DNA of 64,000 nucleotides from Cycas panzhihuaensis (lineage: Eukaryota > Plantae > Cycadophyta): positions 229,159,741 to 229,223,740 of the forward strand of contig CM041465.1 in assembly GCA_023213395.1 (NCBI GenBank). The letters run 5' to 3'. The position numbers and the translations under genes were made by a program. Below, piece after piece: positions 1-13,157 of the stretch. The first letter of the stretch is position 1, and every line of letters begins with the position of its first letter. The notes beneath the pieces are model-generated. The model ran no database searches, had not been told where the DNA came from, and saw only the letters and a program-made list of their open reading frames with translations.

Positions 1-1080
1 TGGTTCTGACATATATCTCAAAGTTAAGTTTACTACATATACTAGGTCAAGTATTGGTTAAGTAAATCAAATTTCCTATCAATTAATGATACATAGTAGG
101 ATTAATTAAAACAGAATCTTTATTTTTACCTAACTTTAACCCAAGTTCAATAGGAGTAAAATTTGACTTATATTTACTCATGATAAATTTTTTCAATATA
201 TCCATAACATATTTTCTCTAGGACATCTAGATTCCTTCTTCAACCTGCCAAATCTCCATACCAAGGAAGTAATGTAGTTGCCCTAGAATTGTTATCTTGA
301 ATTTTAAATTCATATCATTCTTGAAATTTTAGAACATTTCATCATTGTTGCCTATATAGATGAGATTATCAACATAAAGAACAACTATAAGAATTGAAAT
401 ATCTATAATTTTGACATACAGATTTGGATCTAATGGATATTTCTAAAATCCTTTATCTTGAAATTACTTATTGATTTTAGAGTACCAAGCTCTTGAAGCT
501 TATCTTGGTCTATATAAGGCTTTCTTTAACTTACACACTAAGTGTTAATTTCCTTATTTTTTAAATCCTTGAGGTTGTACAACATAAATTTCTTCATCAA
601 TGTATCCATTGAGAAATATTGACTTGACATCCATTTAATATATAATCTACCTTTGATGAGTAGCTAAGAATAAGAGACTTCTTATTATGTCCATCTTAGC
701 AATTAGAGAAAATGTTTCTTCATAATCAATTCCTTCTTGTTAAGTATAACCTTTGGCCACAAGTCTTGTCTTATATTTGTCAATAGTTCCATTAAATTTA
801 TACATGGCTTTAAAAACTTATTTTGTTCCCATCACTTTTTTGTTGGTAGGTAACGTAACTAAATCCTAAGTTTTATTTTTGATCAAGGAATTATGTTTTA
901 TTTTCATAGCTTTGACCCAATCATCTTTGACAATATCTTCTTCATATGTTTATGACTCATTATTTTGTTTAACTTGATCCATTAATACATAGTTAACTTT
1001 GGCTTGAGATCTAGTTAACCTTTTGTTAAAATTTTTATCAATCATAGCTTCTTAATAATGACCTCTAACTAGCCATTTGG

Positions 1081-1256
1081 ACTTGTAGCTTGTTCTTGAC
1101 TTGATGGAGATGAACTTAGAGTAGACATTGTAGCATGTTCTTGACTTGATGATGAACTTAGAGTAGAACTTGTAACATGTTCTTGACTTGATGATGATGA
1201 ACTTGGAGTAGAACTTGTAACATGTTCTTGACTTGATGATGATGAGCTTGGAGTAA
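1081..1256 (-). repeat. In-frame 42-45 bp tandem repeat (4 units) encoding SSSSSSQEHVTSSTP in the IN-RT linker
   Basis: tgttcttgacttgat recurs at 1091, 1136, 1178 and 1223; this is ORF 1069-1299. Confidence 0.9.
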
Positions 1257-2924
1257 AACGTGAATCTTGTCTTGAACTTTGAGTTAGAATTGATGTCAAT
1301 GATAATGAAGGTTGAAGTGTAAATAGTTATAGATTTGCTTCAAAAACAACCCATTTTCCTCTATCTTCTTCAATTTTGTAGATCATATTCTCATAAAAAT
1401 TTACATCTCTGCTTACCATGAATTTTCTTGTAACTGGTTCAAATGATCTATAAGTTTTTCTTTCACTTAAGTAGCCTATGAAAATATATTTGATACTTTT
1501 AATTTTTAATTTGGATTTATTTTTATCAGGAATATGAGTATAAGAAACACACCTAAAGATTTTCAAATATAAAACATCTAACTTATATCCTATCAAATAC
1601 TCTTTAGGAGTTAAGTCCCCAATTACCTTTGTAGGACTTCTATTTAACAAATATACAATAGTACTTGATAATTTAGTCCAATATTCATTACTTAGCTCTT
1701 TGGTCTTCAACATACATCTGGTCATTTCTGTAACTATTTTAATTTTTCTTTTAGCACCTACATTTTGTTGAGGTGTATATAGAGCAGTAAATTACCTTCT
1801 TATGCCAACTTTATTATAAAATTCTTTGAAATCATTCGAGGTAAGCTCACCACCTTTATTATCTAAACAAAGTGTTTTCAACCTATAACCACTTTTCCTT
1901 TCAACCATAATTCTAAATTCAACAAATCTAAAAAATGTTTTAGACTTTTCTTTGAGGAAATATACCCAAATTTTCCTTGTAAAATCATCAATAAGAATCA
2001 GGAAATATTTGGCATTTCCAATTATAGGAGTTCTTATTAGGCCACATAAATCTACATAAACTAACTAGAGTAGATATCTGGATTAGAAATTTAAATCAGG
2101 AAAACTTTCTTTGTGTTGTTTTCTATAGATACAACCTTCACAAACTCCATTATTATCTTGAATGGCTAGAAGTATTGTAACCATACTTTCATTTTACAAA
2201 GTACTAAATGCATCATAATTGAGATGACTTAATCTATGATGCTAAAATATGTTATCATTTGGGATGGAAGTATTTAATACTTACAAAGATGGATAAAGTA
2301 TAAGTTTGAATAATCTATCCTTTGTTATTTGGCCTCTTACAATAACAAGACCATTATTTGACTTATCACTTATTTCACATTCTCCATTATCAAAGACTAT
2401 TCTATACTTTTGTTCCATCATTTGGCTAACAGATAACAAGTTTCTTCTTAATCCAAGTATAAATAAGACATTTTAAATATTCTTATTTACTCCAATTTCT
2501 ATCTAAATTGTGACAACTCCTTGTCCTTGGACTCCTTATGTATTGTCATTTCTAAATGTCAATTTCCTTTCATTTTTTTTCTTCATGGGTCTTGGAAAAT
2601 GCATATGCATTATAGGACATATGAGTTGAATAACCAAAATCAATGTATCATTCACCTTTCTTGTTTGAAGTTTGAATATTCAAGCTTGTATAGAAAATAT
2701 TTTCTTCTCTTTTAATTATAGTATTGACCATGTTATCTTGATGACACTCAAATAAATAATGTTCTTCCATTCTACATTTGTAATAAGAAGCAAAAAAATC
2801 TCTTCCTCTTCTAATTCCTCTTGGTGGTGTTCTACCTCTTCCTCTTAATGGTGTGGGATTCCTTCCTCTTAAATATTTCCTTCATCTTGATCTTTCTCTT
2901 TGATATTGTCCATATTGTCTTTGT

Positions 2925-3110
2925 CTATATCCATATCCAAAATTTCCTTATCCAAAGTTTGATGTAGATTCACCTATTTATCCTTGTCCATATCCATGTT
3001 CAAAATTACCTTGTCCATAGTTTAATGAAGATGTTCTTGCTTGTCCTTGTCCATATCCAAAGTTACCATGTCTATAGTTTGATGAAAATGCTCCTACTTA
3101 TCCTTGTCTA
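2925..3110 (-). repeat. Degenerate ~57-63 bp coding repeat (G/Q/N/Y-rich) in the Copia-1 Gag C-terminus
   Basis: Reads SRQG*VGAFSSNYRHGNFGYGQGQARTSSLNYGQGNFEHGYGQG*IGESTSNFG*GNFGYG; the stops sit at Gln positions. Confidence 0.8.
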
Positions 3111-5806
3111 GAGTTGCTTTGATCATAACCATATGCCAATGGTTGATTAGTTCCTTGATTTGATGATCTCCTAAACTTTCCTCTTATGAAAGCCTTAGAA
3201 ATAGAAGCTTGTTTTAAATTATCAATGGAACTCTCTTTTCCTCTTTTGTCAACAATATTAATAATAACTAATCAATTATTAATGTTCATAAGTCTCTTGT
3301 CACTTCAATGATTGTAATAACTATTTCAAAATTTTTAATCTCTCCTCTGTATCTTAGAATTTTCTCTATAACTCTTTATTTAGATATCTGTTCACTTGGT
3401 GCACCCAATAAATTTACAAGATCTTGAACTCTAGTGACAAAGGAATTGATAGGTTCTGTAGCATACATCTTGAGATTCTCAAAGTTTGAATCCTGGTATT
3501 TGTATTTCCTTCAAATGATTTTCAAGGTAGTCCAAACAGCATGAGAAGTAGAGAGATTACAAATGTAAGGAAATATCTCATCAAGTACATTATTAAATAT
3601 GAAGGTAATTAGTTCACTATCTTTCCTTTTTAATTCTTCTTTTAACTTCTCTTAATCAGGAGTCAAATTAATAGTAGGGGAAATATGAATATGAATAGTA
3701 TAACCCTCTAAAAGAATCTTCTATAATTACTTAGATTATAAACTAAGCTTTATTCTTCTTGACTATATAAAATAGTTACATTTATCTAGCTTAGGAATTG
3801 ACAACAAATTATCCATGGTAAATGAAATGTGAGCAATATAAGATTTATAAAATCAAGAATAAATGTAAATAAACCATGATCAATCACAACCACAATAAAA
3901 AATATTGGAGAGAGAGCACCACAAGCACATAAGTATCCCTTCAAAATGGGATATACACCATCAACACTTATCCCTTTAATTAGGACCACCTTCTATCTCC
4001 TTTGAATTTTATTAATGAGCTTAACAAGGCTATCTCTAAGGTTTAAGCTATGATGCCTATGAAATATTACTCAAGATATTATATCAAATGATCATTAATA
4101 AGTATGAAAAAATTACTTTGTTAATTACCACACAGGGCTCCAAATAGTATCAACTTTGATTGAAAATATATTAATGAAGAAAACTCTAAAATAATTTAAC
4201 TTATATATCAAAATAAGCATCTCTGAAATACCTTTCTAATGATTTAGACAATTTATAAATTAGACTTCTATTTATAAAGTTATGATAAAAATGACATAAG
4301 TACCTCAAAAAAAGTAAGAAAATGAATTGAACGGCCCTTTATCTCCTTTCACCTTAGTGCCTAGTCACTTGATAACCCCACGTGACCATCTGTTTATTAA
4401 TAGAGGCTACGTGGATTTGAACCATTATTCTAATATAGCTTAATTTTTAAAAAGCTTTATAAAAAAAAATAATGTAAGGTCAAAATTTTATAAATTAATT
4501 AGAGTTTAATTAAATATGTTATACGCACATGTGAAAAACCATCAAAATCGATCAAAAAATGATTGAATTGAGCAAAACTTTCAATCAAAAATTTCACGAT
4601 CAAATGATAATGCTCAGGCAACCTCAGATCTAGCAAATCCCATTGAAGTAGGCTCAAAGGTGCTTGTTCGACACTTAGATCAAAGGCGATTACACATAGA
4701 TCTTCTTTACTTTTGTGATCACATTGAAGTGAAGTGATAGCTTTGGAGGGATTTCCTCCTTATCGAGTAGATCAAGTACAAGTCACAAAGAAACGCAGAG
4801 ATGGCAAAGGCAGGATGTAGGTCTACAAGTGATCCACAAAGCATGGCTATCTAGGATGACACATTCAAAGCCAAATGGTAACTCTAATCATCTCCTTAAA
4901 CTCATAGGATAAAGAAGATTGGATCACTCCACGAGCCCAAGTATACTTAAGGAATACCTATAGGGAGATTGGATTCATGTCTATATATATGGGATTAGAT
5001 ACAAATCATTATAAGGTATGGTGCACTTAGGGTTAGTAGCACTGGATCAAAATGTAAGCTACTTCATACTCATGAATAGGTCATGGTAGCCAAGGGTTTA
5101 CATATATAATAGAGGTATCAACACTCTTGATGATGACCTTAATATTTTTTAGGGTTGCAACCAACAAAATGATCAAAAATTAGAGTTAGGATAAAATCAT
5201 AAATAAGGATGTATTGTAATGGAAAATTTAGACTTTAGCCTCTATATAATTACAAGAAAATCCCTAATTGAAAAGGTTAGCAGATTGCATAGTAGATAAA
5301 ATAACAACAAAGATGTAAAGATCTAATAAGTAGTAAGGGAAAACTGAGTAATTTAAAATTAAATGAAGTAACTCAAAGTCAAATGTGATCAAAATGAAAC
5401 AAATGGTTTAAAAATAATTCAAATGGTGAAAATGATCTTTCCATTTGTTTAGACATATATTCAAAATAAAATGAAATGAATTAAATAGCCTTTTCATTTC
5501 ATAAATAAAATAAAGAATTTAGTCACCAAAGTAGGCTTTTAACAGAGTGTTTCCTTCAAACAGGATATACACTTTCTCAATAATAGGCTCAAAGTAGAAA
5601 TAAAAGATCAATAATTATAAGATTGATAAAAGTTATAGCTTTATAACTTATAAGATAGGCTTGATTTAATAATAATGTCTAGTAATCTTTAATTTAGCAG
5701 AATTTAGTTATGACTCCTTATTTTAACTTCTATCTTCACCAAATGCTCTCTTTCAACTTCACTCCTTCACCATAATCTCTGATTCAACTTCTTTTTCTTA
5801 CTATGA

Positions 5807-6176
5807 GCTTTGATACTACATTAGAAAATAAAATCAAGTGCATAAGATAACATAATTAGTATCGAGATAATAACATCAGAGTAACACCATAATAGAGCTC
5901 AACATATCAAAAGATCATGATCATATCTTAAAACTGATACCAAAATTCTCACACTATATAATCTTATACTCTACATACATGATCTCTTATTCTACAATCT
6001 CTCATTCTACATGTGTACTTATAGTTATCTTATGGGTATATGTGCCTCATTTATAACCAATCACATTTGTCCTTTATGCCAATCTATTATATTTGGCCTT
6101 TATATTGTCTAATCATATTTGGCCTTTATGTTTGACCACTCATACATGACCTATAACTTAACTAATTATATTAAAT
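5807..6176 (-). mobile_element. Degenerate tRNA-iMet PBS plus orphan 5' LTR candidate
   Basis: gctttgatacta (5807-5818) differs by 2 transitions from gctctgatacca, the reverse complement of the PBS. An LTR-like block with repeated atttggcctttat motifs follows. No partner LTR was found, and the right end is approximate. Confidence 0.45.
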
Positions 6177-6987
6177 ATGCATTACCTTCCAAGAAGGTGG
6201 AAAACCCCTATAGGGGAAGAAAAACCACTTCATAATAATTGTTTATAAATATCAAAATGCATAGTACATAGGATATTTGAATCTCATCCCTTTCTCTCTA
6301 TTGGTCATCCTTAGAGGCAATACATGAAGCACCTCATATAATTTTAACGAGGGCAATAATACAAAATTCATTATATTAGACAATGGTCTATACACTAAAT
6401 TTTTAATACATAATTAATTAAATACATAAATATACACTTTAACTTTCCAAGATAATATTACATAAACAAATATTAATTCTAACAACCTCTTTAGAAGGAA
6501 TTAGTTAACTAACCATAATATAAATCTAAATTAGTATGACCATTATTTAGAAATAGTTAAATCTCATAGTAATTAGTCCAAAAAGATGATTGAGTTTACA
6601 TTAGTAAGTCACTCACTTGAATAGGTTTAAGGAGTGTAGGAAACCTTAAGAGAAAGGCCTTTAAATTAAATAATCATTTTTTTATATAGAAGGTATTATT
6701 TAAATATGAGTTGTAAGTTATCATAAACTAAAGCTATATAATATAAATATCTTATGTATGATAGAACATTATTAGAATTACCATTTAGAACTTGGACTTA
6801 TTCTAAGTATTGAAAGGAATTATTATACTTTTATTTATAAGAAGAAAGATCTATGCATAGTTGAATGGTTATAGATGATTCTAAGGTACTAAATGAGAAT
6901 GATCATCATTTGTCAAAATTATACTAGTATCCAGAAATATGACCTACACATCATTCTTATATTTAGTGTGTAAGAACACTGCTTTAA

Positions 6988-7046
6988 TAAGGGCATCCTA
7001 GAGAAACGGTGTACTAAGGGCATCCTAGAGAAACGATGTACTAAGG
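6988..7046. repeat. 27-bp tandem duplication
   Basis: taagggcatcctagagaaacgRtgtac occurs twice, plus a partial taagg; one mismatch. Confidence 0.9.
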
Positions 7047-7573
7047 CATGATTTTAATCCTGACCTAGGAGCAACACATATACAAATACCTTATTATAGG
7101 TTCTACCATATGGAAACTCTCATTTTAATGCAATTCATGAAGTTTTCCTTCCTTAGCAATATGCTTAACTAATATGAACCCTTTTTTTATAAATAGAACT
7201 TAGGCAATGAATTATGTATGAAAGGAAAGGTTTATGTTTGTGAAAGTGGTATCGATTTAGGTATAGTAGGAGATAAAACTAAGATCCATCAATTAGATCT
7301 TCTATTATAGGATATATGGATCTTAAAGATAAGGTCTATATAGAAAATCCTAAGTCCCTATATAAGGGGAAAACACCCTTAAGGATCCCATCCTTGTTAG
7401 GAATAACAGAACCATATGGAGTAAAGAAATCCAAATTTCTACAAAAGTGGTTTAATAAGAAATTGCTAATGATATATAAGATGCAACAAATGATTATTAA
7501 ATTTAAAGAAAAAATATGGGATCTTGTTGTAGTAGTAAGGCATGCAATATAGACACTGATTAAAAGGATTTAC

Positions 7574-8340
7574 TGTCAAAACCTTAAAAATTAATTCTCA
7601 AATTTTTGATAAATCTTAATTCAGTAATAATCAAATATTATATTAATAAACCTTACTTCATTCTACTCACTCTTGAACTAATATAAATCACCTGTATCAA
7701 CCTAATCCTAATAAATACAAATATATTATTCTTATATAAATTGAAATTTGTGAGGTATAAGTAGTAACCCCCATTGACTCATTACTCTCATATGATTACA
7801 AACTAAATATTTTTATAAGAGATTAAAGAGGGAGAGGTCCATAACCCCTCAAAATAAATGTTAACTCTAATACTCCCCCTTAATGTTTATTTCATGTCTT
7901 CTAACACCTAAACCATGCCTTAAAGTCTAAAATTTATTATGTGCTAAAAGTTTGATAAAGATATCAACTAACTATTCTTCTGTAGGTGTGTACACCATCT
8001 CTATTACTCTATATCAATTCCTAGATGAAGTGATGGTATACTTTAATATATTTGGTGCAAGGATGGAACATAAACTTTTTGGCCATATTTATTATACTCT
8101 AACTATCACAATATAAGATGCTTGGTTTTGATTGATATATCCCTATGTCCTCTAGAATCTGATGTAACCAAATGACCTATGTAGTTACTACAACTACAGT
8201 ATCATACTCTACTTCAATAGAGGATAAAGTAATATTTGATTGCTTTTTATTATTCCATATGACTGTAGCTGAACCTATATTAAAATAATATCTAGAAGTT
8301 GATCTTCTATTATCTACATATCTAGCACTATCAGTGTAGG
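7574..8340 (-). mobile_element. pol: Copia 3' fragment: RNase H, PPT and 3' LTR
   Basis: YTDSARYVDNRRSTSRYYFNIGSATVIWNNKKQSNITLSSIEVEY (ORF 8177-8407) and DIFIK near 7960. PPT complement ctcccccttaat follows ...ctctaata (7872). The LTR left end is approximate. Confidence 0.8.
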
Positions 8341-8341
8341 T

Positions 8342-9370
8342 TATAATGGAGATGTAGAACAGAGCAGTAAACCACAAGAACTTCAATCCATAGTTGAAAT
8401 AATGCATAATATCACTTTCATTAACCCATGTTTGCTCAAGAGTATATAAAATCCTTTAATGGGTGGTATTAATGAACACCGAGGGCGATGACGCCATAAA
8501 ATTTATACTTTTGAGGGACGAGGGAAACCTTCTCAACCCCTAATTCAAAATAATATAAAATAATATGCAACACTAAGTAAACCTTACTTAACTTACCTTG
8601 AAGGGTTATGTGTTTCATACTCTAAGGTGGGGTCATGTGATGAGCATTAACCCAACATTCTCCCCCTTAATGGTCATCATGAACATCTTTATCTTCTCTT
8701 TAAACTTGTGAAACTTGAACTTGAAAAAAACTTTGAATACTTGTACTTTAGCTTTATCATTATTAACTCGCCTCGTCCTTTCAGTAATGTGTGTCTCTTT
8801 AACATTGAGTGGTTCAAATGACATCCAAGTAGGTGTAACTTGATTTGAATGAGGATGAATGGCTACATATTTAACTTTATTATCTAGAATCTTTGTTTTG
8901 TGAGTAATGATCATGTCCAAGTATTTATCATAAGGTTTCTCCCTCTCAAATGGAAGATCATCTTCATGTATAACAAGGTGATCATTCATTTGATTTGAAT
9001 TTTTTTTAGTAGTCTTTTCATTACAAACAACATGCTCTAACATCTGTCTCACATGTTTAACAACATCAAAGTTAAATTCATTCATATTGAGGGTTTCTCC
9101 CCTATAAATAGAATCTAAGATGTTCTATATGGATTTGGATGTCATCATTTCACTAACTTTAGAAGAAACATTATCATCTATGATGAAAAATAATATAGCT
9201 AAGCCTCCATTATCTTTTTTAATGTCTTCTTTTGTATTAAGTTCATATCCATCTTTTAGATATCTCCAAAGATCATTTGTGGTAAAGTAAATTTACATTA
9301 TTTTATGCCATTATTGAAAATCATGGCCATCAAATATAGGGAATTGTATTTGATTTAGATTTAATGTCAT
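8342..9370 (-). mobile_element. gag: Gag-only (TR-GAG-like) non-autonomous Copia derivative: Gag N-terminus fused to an unknown 150-aa ORF, then PPT and 3' LTR (~8342-8657)
   Basis: ATG at 9370 is in frame with ORF 8633-9085: MTLNLNQIQFPIFDGHDFQ*WHKIM*IYFTTNDLWRYLKDGY...TSKSI*NIL, a Copia Gag N-terminus pattern with 3 stops. The ORF ends KFHKFKEKIKMF and reads through PPT attaagggggagaa into an LTR starting tgttgggtt (8657). No 5' LTR was located. Confidence 0.65.
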
Positions 9371-12300
9371 TTTATAGGAAACTTTAATACATAATCGAGA
9401 AAAAATATGATTTTCAAGTAAATAAATCCTTAAATGATTTCAATACTAATGCAAGTAGATGATAAAGATATTCCAAAAAGAATGCAAGTTAATATCAATA
9501 AGTTATCAATGATATGGTCTTGCCAATAACTTCTAAGAACAAAGATGTAATGCCCTTAAAAATGAAATATTCCTTTGAAATAAAGTGTACTATATACAAC
9601 CTTAAGTATAATAATGAATCAAGAATGCTTTTAACAAGTGAACTTTTTATACTTTTTAATAAAACATATGCTTTTAGAAGGAATTAGAAAGCTTAATAAA
9701 TCAATGAACTTATAAGCAAATTTATAATGAAATATTTTATGCAAAGTAGATAAGATCTTTAAGGATGTAATTTTGAAATAAAATCTTCTTAATGATGAAG
9801 AAATAAAAAGGATTAATAAGATCTTTTAACTAACCTTTTGAATGTTTCAAATAAATGAATACTAGCTTAAGTAAGGAAATGACTAAATGTTTCAATGCAA
9901 GACGAATAATTAATCCTTTTAACTAGAATAAGAATGTATGAGGCAAAAACTCTAAAAAGTATATATATTTTTCTTTAGAAAGATGAAAAAATATTAAGAA
10001 GAAACTTCCAAAATAGAGAATTGTACCTATTTTAGTATGTAGGACCATTTAGCTTATCGCTCATTTAGGTGTATATGATTAATCTTCTACTACAAATCAG
10101 CTTAGAAAAAATTATATAAAAGATAAATAAAAGATTCAAACATGTATCGATAAGGTATATAAAACTTAGTTATAAGAAAGAACTCCTTAAAGAGTTAAGA
10201 GGACAAGCCTATGAGGATAAATCAGATGCTCAAGTTAATTAGCCTCAAAATTATATTAAATAATATCAGATTAAGATGAGATTATATCAAATTGAAGAGT
10301 GATAAAATATCTTTCCAACGGATCTAACCGTTTGGAAAATAGGTTCCTACAACTCAAGATTTTAATGCACAAGTGAAATAACCCATTTTTAGGGTTTAAC
10401 CAGAGCTAGGGGACTCAAAAGATTATGACATACAAGTAAAACCTTATAAAATAATGTAAAATAATCAAATATAAATTAAATAGCTTCTTAATATACTTTG
10501 AGTTAATAAACTTGAGAAACAATATGTAAAAATATACAATAATGACAAACTAGGAGCATTTATGTACCTCAAATTTGTCTACTTTGAATGTTTATAAGAA
10601 AACTTCAAAACTTATAAATAAATATTTTAATTCAAAGAGAAATGAGTCAGCTTCTCAACAAAATTGGTAGATCTAAAATCTGATATTAAACAAAAATGTT
10701 ATATCGAAAATAGTGAAAGATACTCTTTATGTTAATAAATCAAAAGCTTGAGAAAAAAATAATTGACTTTAACTCATTAAACTTAGGTCAAATTAGCTCC
10801 AAAGGTAGAAATTATCTAGTCTAAACTATAGCCCACAAAATTCTAGACAGAATGGAATAAGTTTTGTCAGAAATTGGTACCCCAATAAAAATTTATTGTA
10901 ACAAAATGCCAAGTACCCTATGTATTAGAAATAAGTAAGAAAAAAAAAAAAAAACTTTATAAACTTGAGTTAAGCCATGAGTTAGAGGTCACGTAGGGTT
11001 GATGTGACTAGGGGTATAACCCTTAAGGGGGCTAACACATTTAAATGCCCGTAACTCAAAATTTATAGAAACAAATTAAATTTATTCTAACTTTAGAAAA
11101 AGATAAACATAAAATAGAAAATATAAACATCAGCCATGCAGGCCACTTTGTGCAGCTAATAAATGAAGGTTTTAATGATGGATATGTAGAGCAATACCAA
11201 TGTTGTGTTGTTGCTACTCAATTTTTAATGGTCTAAGCTTATATTTTCTTGGATCTTCAATGAGTTTTTGCTTCAAACTTCTTCAGATTTGGTAAGATCT
11301 TTCCTATTGAATTTTAAACTTGTTTCATGGTGTTTTAAAGGTAAGTTTAGCCTAGAATCTTATCTTTTCCTTAGCTGATTACTATTATACTCTCATTTTA
11401 GTTTTTTTATACTAAAATATATGCTAAAAAGTCATCCCTTTGTGGAGTTCCTTAAGGGTAGACGAGGGTGGGGCATGGTCATCTCTCCACCATAAATCTA
11501 GCTATTCCTTCTCACTCTATCATAGTAGTTTATATTTCAATTGATTTTCTGCTCTCTTTGGTATTCTTTGGCTCTAGTTTGACCTCTTTGGATTGTTGAT
11601 TCCTTCTTCTTTGATCTTGCTTTGAAGAAAAGTGTTTGGGAAAGTTAGTCAAGTGAAAAGGAAACTACCATTCTAAGGTATTCTTTACAATAGGAAAAAA
11701 ATATTTATCTTGTATTTATGATTGTATGTGCTTTTATTTTCAAGTTAACTCTTTTATCTTGAGAATGAAAAGTTGAGAATGTTGTTTGGTTGAAATATTT
11801 CTAATTTTTAGTTTTGCATTAGGTTTGAGGATCCTTTTGGAGCTCTTACTACTCCAATTGCAATAGAACCTTTGGTGACTAGTCTTGTGTGGATGATTAT
11901 TATTTAGATTTATGATTTGTCCATCATCTCATAGGTTGAAAATTATCAAAAAAAATAACAGTAGTTTCTCTTAAAAATCTCTTATTTTTTTGTATCATTT
12001 TATTACTTTTTTAAGAGAATTTGTTACATGCATTAAGGTTGAAGCATATTGGCTAGTTTTTCATGTTGATTTATTAGTCTCCTTTAAAAGAAATTTGCAT
12101 AAAAAAATCATGTGGTTACTTTCAAATTTTTAATAATGTCATCTCTTTTGAAGTAAAATGTGCATGTAGGAAAACTATCTCATAATTACATGTGCATCTT
12201 TCATTTTGAAAACAAAAAATAAAAAAAATGACTTGTATGTATTATTTTTTGTTTGTTTGCTTTTGATTAAAAAAAAAAAAATGTTTATGTAAGTTTGATC

Positions 12301-13157
12301 TTGTAGTTTATTTAGTTTTATCATGTTTCTTTCTTGGCTACATATATTTGCAATCATATAAAAATCTAAAGACTAAAATATGACAAACTACCATTTCCTT
12401 TATCTTACCCTCTCCCACATCTTAGTAAAACTCAAAAGGTTGAAATGATTACATGAGAAGAATCCCTAGGAAAGATATTAAGGATATTGTAAGTGTGGTT
12501 CTGAACTTAGAACTTCTTCGTCAAGTCATATAAGTTAGTAGGTCCTATCACCCCATTTCATATCTACGCCTTTTGTCGTATCCACTCACACTTACGTAGA
12601 TGGCACTGCTAGGCGAAGACTCCTCCTTAGGAGTTAGGCAAAGATGGTCTTTTAAGTCTTCTTGAGCTTTGTGTCTCCCAACTTTAATTACAAAAGGAAT
12701 CAAGAGATATTAAGTTTAGGTCCTCCCTAGGCCCCAACCATATTTTTGGTGACCTTGCTGAGGATCAAACCTAAGAACCCCATAGAACACCACCATAGAT
12801 GCCCAAGGCCCTTTACTTAGCTCTTTTTATTTCTTAATCCTTTTGTATTACACTTGAAGTTTTGCTTGTGTTAATATTCCCTTAATGACTTAAAAACCTA
12901 TGATTTCTTATCCGAAATGGTTTATATTCTATCATGTAGGTTATGATGCTGAACCTTCTTTGAGTACTTTAATTCTTGGATTTGATTTATTATACAAGGA
13001 TGATAGTTTTATCCAAAATTTTTAGTTTAAAATAATATATTTCTTCTTAAATTTTAGGCTATAAATTATTAATGTAGAATAGAATAGCTTTAATGAAGGT
13101 ATTTCTAACCTTTAAATGAAGTTTTTCAAATTCCTTTATATATTGCTTAACTAGTTA

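Larger units (their letters stand above)
1..3816 (-). mobile_element. gag-pol: Ty1/Copia LTR retrotransposon internal domain (Copia-1): pseudogenised gag-PR-IN-RT, running off the window start
   Basis: Minus-strand translation gives Gag start MDNLLSIPKLDKCNY (ATG at 3816), zinc-knuckle remnant YYKCRMEEHYLFEC (~2745-2790), protease E*YIDFGYSTHMS (~2615-2655), integrase ORF 1327-1725 (YLLNRSPTK...IFIGY...SRDVNFYE) and RT KTRLVAKGYT...MDVKSIFLNG (~600-775). IN lies before RT, which is Copia order. Confidence 0.92.

Noticed and set aside
4047-4060. gctatgatgcct as the PBS of Copia-1
   Set aside because: It has three mismatches including transversions, and the LTR partner is outside the window.
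4590-5150. Relatively GC-richer block as a possible host exon
   Set aside because: The frames I translated contain several stops, with no recognisable protein or clear splice boundaries; left unassigned.
11200-13150. Possible LTR/5' UTR of an old Tat/Ogre-like host element continuing after 20491
   Set aside because: No partner LTR, convincing PBS or translatable domain could be shown.
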